DNA of 64,000 bases from Lingula anatina (Eukaryota; Animalia; Brachiopoda), in the NCBI GenBank assembly GCA_051362555.1, contig CM120649.1:17870567-17934566 (forward strand). The letters are read 5' to 3'. The first letter of the stretch is position 1, and every line of letters begins with the position of its first letter. Made by a program: the position numbers and the translations under genes. The notes beneath the pieces were generated by a model that worked only from the letters and a program-made list of their open reading frames with translations, did no database searches and was not told the origin of the DNA. Shown here piece by piece: positions 1-11,595 of the stretch.

Positions 1-870
1 CGGTTTATCAGACCACACTACCCGTTTTCAAGGTGTGTGTCAGATCGCATTACAGAGTATCAGCCACCCCACCGATTTTGCCTGGTACGCGATGTGATAG
101 CAATGATCCTAAGCGGGGTTGGAAAGTAGTGCATCTCATCTAGATTCATGCGCTGCTGCAATTTTCTCTGTTTATGCTAAAATCTGACAGTACCGCAATT
201 TTTAACATAAAATTTAGGTTCGGACATAGCCAATGATGTTTTGTAAATAAGAACTTGCAAACTTATATATTAATTTAGAAAAGTAGACCTAATTTTGATA
301 GCAGAAGCATATTCTGTCGGGGGTTAAATATTTTCGTGACTACCGGGATGGACGAGATTGAGGGCAGGGGTAATCCTAGAGAGGGGTGAGAAACGTCCAT
401 TGTTCTCGTCAGCGCGGCTGTCCTTTTTCAGGGTTTGTACGCACGGACAGAAAATTTAAGTATTGTGGGAACGTTACTAATGAAGCCACTGGTAGTACTA
501 GTAGATATCAGCCTGTAGTCTTGAACAAGCGCCTCGATGACGAGTGAACAGTTGTCAAAAACAAAAGACCCAGTAGTTCAACTACTGTTGATGCGTGCCG
601 CAACGACCAAACCTAATTGCTCCTCAAGGTCACAAAACAATAACCGGTACTGACGGCTAGGCTCGTCTTAATCATATAAGTAGCGCGTTTCCACCCCCTG
701 ATTGAGGGAGTCGTCTGTTGTATTCATGCGACTCCTACTTGACGAAAACGAGGCGCGATACCCAGATGACAGGTAGGCTTACAGAATTTGTGATAGGGTA
801 TGATACTCTTTTATGCGATCTGACACACACCTTGAAAACGGGTAGTGTCGTCAGATATACCGGTTTATTC
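1..870. mobile_element. Non-autonomous DNA transposon with long terminal inverted repeats (left end cut by window edge)
   Basis: 1-62 (CGGTTTATCAGACCACACTACCCGTTTTCAAGGTGTGTGTCAGATCGCATTACAGAGTATCA) is the near-perfect reverse complement of 801-862; no long ORF inside; superfamily and exact right end not determinable. Confidence 0.75.
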
Positions 871-2002
871 TAGACCCGTAGGTGCCGAGTCTGGTAGTTG
901 GGAAGGCCTGGGCTTGCATTCTCTTTCATCAACCTTGATTTCCATAGTTCACTGTTGGAAGCTGGTCTCTGTTATCAGCAGAACAAGGTTTAAGGAGAAT
1001 TTCTAGTGATCTCTGAAATTCAGGGCGCTTTTATTCCTCTCGGTGTTTGGCCCGGTTATGGTAGCTAGTACAGCCTTAGGGATCATTCCCAGTGACACTC
1101 CATGGGGACTCCCACTGAATCAGTTAAATCGGTTACTGGTAAGCAGATTTACACATGTCCTCTTGGTGTTGACTAGAATACGAGACAGCTGGTGATTGTA
1201 CGAGCACGTGGGGGGAAAAAAGAGGTGGCGTGTTAATCTGTTAATCTGATTGCATTTAGGGAGAGTGAACCCTTAGATGTCCTTGATGTACCCTCTTTTT
1301 ATAGAAAAAGGTACCAATATGGCCAACACCCCAATAAATTCTATACTCTTAATCTCTTTAAACACTTTACTTTTTCAGTACAAGTATGTGATATTTATTT
1401 TCACTAGTGGGCTTATTATTGTGTAATGTATTTAAAAAACTGTATTAGTATTAATGTGATATTTGACTAGATAACTATTTACCATAATGTTTTCCATTCA
1501 GTTTTGGTGGCTATTTTGTAGTTATTAATCTTTTCATTCCATGCCGAGCAATCCATCATTTCAACATTATACTCCAGCTGAAATTATTTCATTGAGAAAT
1601 AATAGATCACAGAATTGAAATAGCTGCATGTGCACTTAATATGTTATAGACCATATTTCTTTAAAATGACTTCTGTGTATGAAAGGCTTTTTAATTAAAA
1701 TTTGTCTTTGATAGCCTCAAATCTTATTTTAGTAGAACTATTTATCACTTTAATATCTCACTGAGGCTGAGTTCAGTGAAAGAGAGAGAGCTGTTCTCTT
1801 GCGGCAGATGGCAAGTCATGATTTTTTCTCAGTAATTGGCTCTCAGTATTTGTACATCATATTATACGGGGTACTGGCTATCACTTTGTAGAACAGTGGA
1901 TCTTTATGTGAAATACTTGTGAAAGGTTGGCACTGAGTAGCCATGGTGTGTTGTCGTGTACAGAACAATACGTAAAGGAGAGTTACAGTTTAGAGGTCGC
2001 TG

Positions 2003-2172
2003 CAGGCCCGTAGCCAGGGGGGTTCAAAAGGAAACCCCTTTTTTTGCCAGAAAAAGGTCCCCTTTGAATAAAATTTTGTTTAGGTACATACTAGTAAAGG
2101 TTTTGTGGTGAAAATGTCCACTTTTTTTTTAGAAAAAGAACCCCCCTTTTGAAATTTGCTGGCTACGGTCTG
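2003..2172. mobile_element. MITE family A, copy 1 (CAGGCCCGTAGCCAG TIR, hAT-like)
   Basis: Ends CAGGCCCGTAGCCAG ... CTGGCTACGGTCTG; internal sequence matches 11437-11595 in opposite orientation. Confidence 0.8.
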
Positions 2173-2181
2173 TCTCTGGAG

Positions 2182-2292
2182 ACTACCCTCTGGTTCATCT
2201 ATATTACCTCTGCTGTTTCTAATAACACCCTGAGTTTGGGAGGCCTCTACTGAAAACTACCCTCTCTTCTATCAGTTACCTCTGCTGTTTCT
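2182..2292. repeat. Local direct duplication of about 38 bp
   Basis: ACTACCCTCT...TTACCTCTGCTGTTTCT at 2182-2220 and about 2256-2292. Confidence 0.65.
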
Positions 2293-3472
2293 GTAATTGA
2301 ATTCTGCCATTAGTGTTCAGCACCATTGCAGATGGCTAATGTACATTGACAGCATTCATTAGATAAAAGTTGGAAGACAGGTTTGGGCAACTATATACTA
2401 AATATGTGATGAACTGCATTTTTCTTGAAAACTGACTCTTAAGAGCCCTTAATTGGAATAGAAGATATGGTGAAAACCCATTAGGTACTGCACATCCAAG
2501 GGCTTAGTAGTATATTTTCAAAGTATTGCAGGCCTACCCTCTACCAGGGCGAGTGATAGATTTTTTACAGATATTCACAGATATGTCTCTAGCTAGATAG
2601 ATGGTCATTTAGGGCTCAACTCACCCTGTTGAGAAATCTCAAGGCTGATTACATGGCTGATAATTGTTTGCATAACTGCTCAGGCACTGCCACTTAGCAG
2701 GTCCAGTCTAAGTCTGCGTGACAGCAATCAAGACAGTTAATTACTCTGACTTCAATCACTTGCTCTTCTGTGACAGATAAAAAAGCCTTAGACTGGTTGC
2801 GTAATGAGCAGTTATCACATCGTTGTGAAGCTCAGCTCATGCAGAGCAAGTACAAAGCCTTTGGCGCGCACGCAGAGATACGAGTAATAGTTTCCACATG
2901 GGATTTCTCAACAGTAGAGACTCCTCTTTTATCTGTTTGTAGTAATTTTTAGGGTTTTATTTACCGTCTTTTTTCCAACCCAGGCTCTTATATGATGATG
3001 ATAATAATATATATATATATATATATATATATTTGAACATACCCTAGAACTGCCTTTATACAGGGTGTTATATACCTGCATATTGCATGTGCACTCAACT
3101 GCTGTTCATGACTTGTTATATGCTCTAAGTGATATTGTGGTCATTAATACGATAACAAGCAATCCCTCTCCACCTATAGCAGCAGGAGCCAGCAGGAAGA
3201 TGTATGATAAAAACATGTTCTGTGTTATCCAGGGATTACTCTGGTCAGAGTTACAATGGAGATTGAAGAACCTGGTCTTGCTAATCAGGAATATCTGCTT
3301 CTTGTGGTTCTTCTTGATTAGGCTAATGGTGAAGGCCATTATGATCCACTGGTTCGTCTTTTTGCTGGAGAACTAATTGTCATGAGCTTTGTGAATTGTA
3401 ATTAGGCTATTATGATATAATAAAAGTAATACCAATAAGATAATGAGAATAATACCTTAAATAATTGATCTC

Positions 3473-3682
3473 TAAGGCTCTATTCACAACCAGTAGATCC
3501 TTGGACTAGCAGATCTGCGAATCAGATATGGCTGACCCACTTGAAAGCTTGCCACATAATCTCCTAATAGACACTTGATAGATTCCCTGTGGAGCTTTGC
3601 AGCAAGCTTTCAAGTGGGTCGGCCATATTTGATCCATGGATCTGTTAATCTGCGGATCAACTTTTGTTGTAAATGTGGCTTA
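3473..3682. mobile_element. Palindromic MITE family B (Tourist/PIF-Harbinger-like)
   Basis: Long inverted arms: ATATGGCTGACCCACTTGAAAGCTTGC (3526-3552) vs GCAAGCTTTCAAGTGGGTCGGCCATAT (3602-3628), 26/27 complementary; ends TAA|GGCTCTATTCACAAC ... GTTGTAAATGTGGC|TTA. Confidence 0.75.
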
Positions 3683-3966
3683 GATGGTACAGAATGATGT
3701 CATGTTTGTCAGCTTTCAAAACAACTTTATTTTTACATAAAATGCAAATTTTTTGATAAACTCCAGTTTTTAGTATTGTTAATTAAAAAAATAAAAATAA
3801 AAACAAATACTAATGCTAGTGTAGAGAAGAACCATGTTGGCAGTATAAATCAGCTGGGTCTTGGTGGGTTCAGATAATTGTTCATGAGCTGGAGCCTGTA
3901 TCATCTCTGTTGTCCTAATTAGTGGATTTTCTCTCTCTTGTGGCTTTTCACAGCCAGGCTACAAAT

Positions 3967-4160
3967 TATAGAGCGCATTTAGAACAACGGACTAACAGAT
4001 TCGGCTATCAAATGTGGCGACTCACTAAAAAATTTGCACTTAATTCCCAATTAAACACTGAAAATATATTTGTCGAGGGGATTGTGCAACATCCATTCAA
4101 GTGGATTGGCCATATTTGATCCACTGATCTGTTAGTCCATTGTTCTCAATGCGCTCTGTA
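3967..4160. mobile_element. Palindromic MITE related to family B, between about 70-bp direct repeats
   Basis: Ends TATAGAGCGCATTTAGAACAA ... TTGTTCTCAATGCGCTCTGTA; shares GGCCATATTTGATCCA..GATCTGTTA with 3473-3682; 3896-3970 is repeated at 4156-4230. Confidence 0.7.
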
Positions 4161-4749
4161 TCATCTCTGTTGCCTCAATTAGTGGATTTTCTGTCTCTTG
4201 TGGCTTTTCACAGCCAGATTGCAAATTATATCTGAGTGCCTGTTGAAAACCTATTAATCCGCTGTATTGGTGTGTTTTCTACTGGCAAGGGACTTGGTAT
4301 ATATTAGATTAATTATGGGAAAACAGAAGAAGTGAAAATGTCACGATTATCATCATCTATCATTGCATGGATTAATCTAGTATATATTATCAGAATCTTC
4401 TAGAGGTATGGTAATTATACAAGCCCACACAGATAATGGTGACCTGGTAACATATCAACAATTTCTGATACGGTTTCGACTGTTTTGCTCAAAATCTTGA
4501 CTGCCCTGAAGTTGGGGATGGTAAGATATTCTTTACCCATATATGTGTAGGTCATTTATCTTGCAAGTTTCATGATAAGAATAAAATGTGAAATTGTGTG
4601 GTTGCAAATTTTTATGGGTACACATCTGTTCAGCTGACAAAAATGGAAAATTATTTTTCAGTAGAAAATCTGTTCACTTGTTTGGTGTCAACAGCTAAAT
4701 AGGCAATGTAATTTGCTAGTCAACTTCAGTGGCATTTAAGAAGTTTGAA

Positions 4750-4957
4750 CACACGTGTACTGACATACACATACAAACATGTATGTGGACACACATGTAT
4801 GTGGACATATAAACACACCATACAAAATGCACATATGCACACATGAATATACACAAGCACACTTCCCCATTATCAACATGCACATGCAGGTACGCGTTCA
4901 TACAATATATGCACACGCCCATGCCTACTACAATACAAAAGCACACACAAACATGTA
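4750..4957. repeat. Degenerate CA/TG-rich low-complexity tract
   Basis: Repeated ACAC/ACAT/GCAC units; explains spurious ORFs 4716-4946 and 4779-4961. Confidence 0.7.
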
Positions 4958-5584
4958 CTAGTAGGCTATAGTTTTCTCACAGTGGATATTTCACTTACTA
5001 CTAATAGGTGCTTTACTAGATAACCCTCTGCAAATGAAGCTGCTTAGAGCTAGAAATGACTTACAGTGATACTGAATGTCATGACAGTGAGAGCAAAAGG
5101 TCCAGATAAGATAAGGCTCTCCCTCTGATATGGTTTTTAAATGCAAACTTACAGTAGATTGATTTAAAGAATACGGTAGTAAAGCGCGTTGGGGATGATT
5201 ATTTTCGTAAAAAATTGCAGTAAGATAGAAAAAAAATCTGTTGAACCCCAGGTGGTTTCTTGCATGTTACTGGAGAACAGAGGCATGCTAGTTTTGTCAT
5301 CCATTAGTACGTAATTGATACAAATAGAAGAATGTTGTAATCATCCTGAAAAAAAACCCTCATCCTACCTTTCTCCATTGTTGATATATAACTAATGCCG
5401 GAAAGCTATTAGATTGTTGTTGATTTGTATGTATAGAATTGAAAGCTATCTAAGACATAGTAGAGAAAGTGCGTGAGAAGGAAGAAAATGAGCTATTAGG
5501 ATAACGCAACTTCTGCATGTTAACTTTTAATGCAGGAGATAATAACTTCCTGGTAAACTGAGGTTTGTTTTTTGGAAGCGTCTC

Positions 5585-5708
5585 GATAGTCCGAAGGTTC
5601 ATTGGTCCGAAAAATGTTAACTTTTTCATCAGTTTTTTAAATCAAGGGTTCATTGTGTTCTGTAGTGAACATTCAGACTATTGAATCTTGGACTATTGCT
5701 ACGGCCCC
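5585..5708. mobile_element. Degenerate MITE-like remnant with inverted subterminal repeats
   Basis: ATAGTCCGAAGGTTCATTGGTCCGAA on the left, TTCAGACTATTGAATCTTGGACTAT on the right (reverse-complement-like). Confidence 0.4.
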
Positions 5709-7505
5709 AGTTTTTTTTTCAGTGTTTCAATGTGTCAATTTTATGGACAGGTTTTTATATAGTTAGGAGTTGTCATCGTCGTCCCTCCACTCCACATTTC
5801 AGGTGGAGATATTACAGCAGACCTTCAGTAGCCTCCATATATATCTTTACAACCAGAAATTTTGTTTGATATACTGTATTTGTAAAGATTGAAGTTGAGC
5901 AATTAGCCAAAACTTTCAGTTAAAGTCAAATAGTATAACCCTTGCCACAAAATTTGTTTAAGATATGTTAGTTATAGCATTCTTTTAAGTAAACATTAAC
6001 AAAAACAAAATATACATATTTAAAGAGTACATCAGTACCAGCTATAAGATTTAATCAAACTTTCTCTCCAGTTGAGTTTACAGCCAACCTAGAATCTTTA
6101 GCCTGCAGTGGGCCTCAACTTTTGTTTGCACATTGGTTTGAAAAAATCTACTAATGTGATTTCTGATAATCCTCCCGAGTCCTTCAAGTGTATTGATTGC
6201 CCATTTGGTCTGTGGAGAACCCTGCTCTTGGCGGACCTCTTGGCAGCCGTGAACCGCTCCACCTCAGTATTAAACCTCCCGTCACAGGAGAATATCTTTG
6301 GATGAGAAATGGACAACCCCACACCTCTGTAAATGGTTACCAGATCGATTATCTGTAAACAAATTTATCGAACAATTAAATTACTAGTACTGAGATAATT
6401 TGGTAAAGGGATGTTTATACAACAGCAGTGCCCAGGAGGCATTTTAGAATTTTCACCTGAACTGGGCAAGTGATAGGCCACTCAGTGATTTTAACTGGTG
6501 GCAGAGGTAGGGTCTTTTTCTGAAAAAATAAGGACAATTTTTACCTTCCCAGATGATCCTACCTAAGAAATGGCATAGAACATAGATCAAATTTTGATTC
6601 ATAGTGGACATACATCTTGCCAAAAGGACTTTCAACCAACTTTCACATGTCTGTAGATCTCAGTCAATGAATTCAACTGCTGAGATATTTTGCTTAAAAA
6701 AAAAAAAACTTAACACCCATACATACTAGCCACCTGGGAATTATCACCTGAACCGATCCAAGATTTAATCCTGTCTGAACGTGCCCATGATTGTTTGTAC
6801 CATTATCCAGTGCGACACTCAGGTGCAGCCTGCGGCGTAAGTACATCATAAGTGTGTTATCATGTCCTTGAGGTGCCTTCAAAAGATACTAAAAGGTTTC
6901 TCTGCAATTTTGTGCTCAGTTACTTACTCGGGGGGGAGGGGGTCTCCTTTGATGGTTTTGAATATAGATGATGTTTTAAAAAAGTCGACGATTTTGAAAT
7001 TTGAAAATCAGTGCAGATTTATATAACCAGCAAACTGTAATTTACTGTTACATGTATTTGTAGGGTAGTGTGTGACTATGTACATGAGGGTTTTTTTTCC
7101 AGGGGCTGATTTTTCTGTATCGAACCCTGGAGATTAGATTGTACTGAAATGGTCTGTTGTGAGAAAATGAACGGGGCTCGCTATTCTCCACTTCAGTGTG
7201 TGCTTGTCAGGTGAAATTGTCATTTGCAGTTGTTTCAAGTAGTCTACCTGTTGATGAGTGAGGAATAAGGTGCATTGTAGGATGTGGTGATTTCAGCTCA
7301 AACTTTCATTCCAGGTGCTATGAAAAATATTATTTTTTTCTTTGACAGACAATAAACATCTAGTTAAAATTTGATTTTTTCTACTTCATTTCAGCTGAGG
7401 AAAATGTGATCTCAACGCGGCCAGCAACACTTGAAACATTCCCATTAGCTGTCCATGTAGAGGGGCACCAGACGCAGCAAAGCGTAGCCAATCACAGCAG
7501 CCGCT

Positions 7506-7684
7506 ATGGCCTTAAAACCTGTGTTAAAGTTAAAAATTGATGAACTGTTTTTGCGGTGGCTGAGTGAGACAGACACGCAGCAGTTACTGAGGGAGAACCT
7601 GAGGCAGATTGTGAAAGGGGAACCAATCACGTCATGGCCGCCAGGAACAGGAAACATCAAAAGTTCACGACCTGCATCTCCAAG
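7506..7684 (+). CDS. PPP2R3B: PP2A regulatory subunit B'' (PR70/PR72 family), coding exon 1; exon starts at 7395 with 5'UTR
   Basis: MALKPVLKLKIDELFLRWLSE resembles the PR70 N-terminus (VLQPVLKMKVDELFLYWLSE); acceptor TTTCAG at 7394, donor AG|GTAACT. Full join: 7506-7684,7994-8132,32159-32449,33566-33669,33901-34003,35846-35920,36504-36590,37016-37172,37375-37510,37855-37999,38282-38431,38964-39070,39426-39588 = 1836 nt, 611 aa, all phases consistent. Probably a co-ortholog of vertebrate PPP2R3A/B. Confidence 0.9.
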
Positions 7685-7993
7685 GTAACTGAGGAAGGGG
7701 GAGGGGTCAAACTCTATGGATGGAATTAAAGACATTTCTATTGCTTTAATGATAATGTTTTACAGATATTTTTAAGTAAATGATTAAAGATCTTTTCTTA
7801 GTAAAAATTAACAAAGTCCATAGACAAATTTTTAAAAAGTTGTCAAGTTAATTGAAAGTTAATTTTTGAAGTTAGTGTTAAATTCCAACATTCATACCCT
7901 CAAATAAAGTATGCATAAAATGACAAAAAAAAAAAAATTAACATGTCTTTTGAAAAATGAAATTTTGTAATTCTAACATCCCTTTTCTTGCAG

Positions 7994-8132
7994 AATTCGT
8001 CCATCTTCTCCGTCCACCCCACCCTGTTCCCCGCCCCCAGGGAAATCATCCCCCAGTCCCAGGAGTCCCAGGAAAGCATACAACTTCAGCAGCAAGATCA
8101 ACGCCAGGACGGCACAACTGCAGAACTCCAAG
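7994..8132 (+). CDS. PPP2R3B: PP2A B'' coding exon 2 (Ser/Pro-rich linker)
   Basis: TTGCAG acceptor, phase 2 continues (R)IRPSSPSTPPCSPPPGKSSPSPRSPRKAY...QNSK, donor AAG|GTAACG. Confidence 0.85.
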
Positions 8133-11100
8133 GTAACGAGATGTGCTTGTATGGTGCTACTGGGCTCACTACAGGTTATTAGATTTTTATCGATTTTATG
8201 ATTGCTGGATTTTTTTTTTTTTTTTCATTTCTTGGGTTTGAAAAGTCAATAAAATGTGCAACAGGTGCAAAAAGTTGGAAGAAATTTAAGATATAAAGAG
8301 ATTATTTGGGCCTCAATGGTTGATGGAGGTAGTGCCTGTATATATATATATTGATGAAGTTACAGGACTTCATGGCTGCACGGTCTTCTCATCACAAACT
8401 TGATAACATTGATGGAAATCTAATAATCATAAAGTGAGCATAGTGTTTTGTTTGATGTTGTAGCAATAGTTGTTTGTGCTGTTTACATATCTGATAACAT
8501 GAAACAAATTTTTCTTACAGGTGTCAGTCATGAAAAAAAAAAACAGTTAAAAAAAAAGAAAACGAACAATACAAAATAAAATAAATTTATAACTGAAGAT
8601 AATTTGTCTCCATTACACATAGCAACTAGTCCTGAATAAAATAACCAAAAAATAACATCATATTCCATTTCTCACTGGAACATGACTGAAATGAATAACA
8701 GTTTAAAGTCATCTGCAGACTACAGCAATTATTTTCCAATTCTGTGGCTTTTACATCAAGACAGAATTAACTTTGTCTACCAAGAGAAATGATTTCAGAA
8801 TACAATAACCCCTTGCTAAACTATTTATAGAGAAATGAACTAAAGAACACAATTGCCTACATACAGTAGGAATATAATGGGCAAAACAACGTGAATACTA
8901 TTCATTGATTGTGAACGAGAAGAGCTCAACCGCAGCAGATCTAGACTAATGGATCCCTGATGACAACAGTCCTAAAAACCAGAACATTTTTCAGCACCTG
9001 AAAATAAAATCATCTTGGAATTGAAGCCAGAAATATTCTGCCAAGAAGTGGATTTTGACTTTCATTAGGTTCTACTGAAAATGAAAATGTGTGGAGTTGA
9101 AAAGAAATATGGTACATGTATTAAAAGATGTCTTTAAACTCTTTCTCCTCTTGCTTGGAACAGTCACTAATAAGAAACAACCCAATGCTTCAACTTCGGG
9201 ATGACTAAAGCAGATGCATTACACAAGGCAGCAGCAATTGCATACACTTTATCCACTGAAAAATGCATATTAAAAAAGTGTTATCCAAAACATGGATAAT
9301 GGAAGAATGCAAAATGTGAGATACATATGTTAGTGAAAAATAAACTTGGCCTTTTAATTTGTGAAAAAAAGGGGAATTTAAGATAAAGTGTCAGTTATAC
9401 TTACACATCACTCATTAAAAATGAGCATTTCCAGACTGAACATCTGCTTCATTTTTATCAAGAATAAGAATGATAAACATGTCAAGTTGTGTCCTTTGTC
9501 AACCCACAAAAAAGGCTCTCAAAAATGGACATCTGTAAGACAAAAGGGATCATTTCATAAAAATAATCATGGATCATCAATTATTATACTAATGGAAACA
9601 CAGTCAGTCTGATTTCTCTATAATATCCATGCTGCATAGCAACAGGGATTTCAAAGTGATTACAAAGATTCCTGATGACTTGCGCAGTTTTCATTCCAAC
9701 AGAAGAGGGCATACGTTATAACACTTGGCCACTGAATGTGTGTCTCACACATCCCATTCCTCCAAATGAGCAGGGATGAGATTTTTTCAACTATTGGTGG
9801 ATTTCTGACTTTTTGAGAGCCAAAAATATCATTGACCTTGGCTTTCCCCTCCACTCCATGCCATAATTTTGACTTTTTCACTAAAAGGCAGTCTGGTCAA
9901 TATACGAGCTTAGGATGACACAGTTTCTCACTTGCCAGAGAAACACACTGGAACTGTTTGTAAACATCTGGCCCATTGTATTGATGAAATATATACCAGC
10001 TGACTGCGAATTTAGCAAGAACATATATAGATTATAGGGAATTCTTTTAGTGAAATACCATAAAGCATTCACCGAGGAATCTAGAATATATAGAATTAAG
10101 GACAGCCATTGTGGAATAAATTGAATAAAGTTATAAAGCAGCCAGCAAGGAACCATGCAGGTTGTAGATTAGGAGCTAATGAAATAACACACAGGACATG
10201 AGTGGGCAGTGGTGGTCATTTGAGTGGTCAAGAGACTCACCAGTCACTTTTCTGTATTCACTACCAGAAATTGATGAAAGAGAAAATAAAAAATCACATA
10301 AAACATAGGTACATGTAAATACTTTTAAAACATTCACAAGAAGATATAGTACTTAAATTTTCTTGTGCCATTTTGATTATTGTTTTCCCTCTGAATAAGA
10401 TTATATTATCTCTACAACATCTTTGTTGGGCCAATTTGCATTGACTGATGGATAAAATAAAGTCTATATAAAATATTGGTAATATTTCGCCCTATTTTTT
10501 GGCAAACAGTTTCTCTTTTTGCCATCCTGTTTATCTTATATACTTTTCCATTAATTAATTTATTATTATGATTTTCAAATGGGGGGGGGGGGGGTATATG
10601 AGATTGTAGGCACATAGACTCACACACCAGCTCTACATGGACAGTGGAGTTAGATTTCCAGAGCATTCCTCTCCACATATTTCCACACATTAGCCTCTGA
10701 CTATTGATTCTCTGTGCTTCCAGATATTAGTCTCTTGTTACCAGTGTAATAAATAATGGGTTCATGTATATGGATATTATCATAGCCTGTGCCAAAAACT
10801 TCCTAGGTTATGAGCACTTTGGACAATCAAGGTTGTCAAGTAGAGTACTGTTACATGTAATTTAAACTTTTTTCTAGCCTGGGGCCTCTATATGTGGGCA
10901 ATTGCCTCTGGCTAGCATTTACTTTCACACACTGCTATTAGAACCCCCCCACCCCCTCAGTAGAAGTAATATAGAAATGAAGGGCTCATTCTCAATGAAA
11001 ATATTATTTTACGTAGATCGATCCCCTTGTTTTCAACATAATCATAAAATCACCAGTTTTTCTGTAGTCTACTCAAGGCCATGTATCACCAGATACTAAG

Positions 11101-11436
11101 TTAATATTTTTTATCTTCAAATGAGTACTGAAGATTTCTCAAGTTCCATATCAAAAATGGAGTATTTTTATTTATTCAGAGCAAGAAAAGGGGGTAAAAA
11201 CCCAGTTCATTTATTTCTTATTCTTTATTGACAGCACCAGGTATCATTGACAGAGATTGCATTGTCTGTTGGGTGACACGAACATCTATAGTGTGCTAGT
11301 TGAGATGAATGATCAGTTTTCTCAACTAACACAATGATTGTCTCAACCATCACAGTTGTTGTATTTACAATCTGCTGAAATGTAATTGATCACTAAAGAA
11401 GTTTTCAACTTACACTAGTTGATCCAGAATCCTCTG

Positions 11437-11595
11437 CAGGCCCGTAGCCAGCAATTTCAAATGGGGGGGTTCGTTTTCTGAAAAAGTGGACCTTTTACAA
11501 TAAAACCTGCATGTACCTAGATCAAATTTTATCCAAAGTGGACCTTTTCCCAGCAAAAAGGGCAGTTCTTTTGAACCCCCCTGGCTACTGGCCTG
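11437..11595. mobile_element. MITE family A, copy 2 (inverted relative to copy 1), 5-bp TSD CTCTG
   Basis: CTCTG|CAGGCCCGTAGCCAG ... CTGGCTACTGGCCTG|CTCTG. Confidence 0.85.

Noticed and set aside
3065-3380. ORFs 3065-3376 and 3106-3339, and a third-frame GEGHYDPLV motif reminiscent of an OTU protease His motif
   Set aside because: The frame is broken by stops and no catalytic Cys motif is visible; cannot be supported without a profile search.
3941-3956. TGGCT-TTTCAC-AGCCA hairpin (also at 4201-4216) resembling a histone stem-loop
   Set aside because: 5-bp stem with a 6-nt loop, wrong flanks, no HDE and no upstream gene; it is part of the 70-bp duplication.
8831-8869. Possible alternative terminal exon (TTTATAG|RNELKNTIAYIQ-stop) in phase with PP2A exon 2
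   Set aside because: Weak polypyrimidine tract and no homology; such a match is expected by chance in a 24-kb intron.
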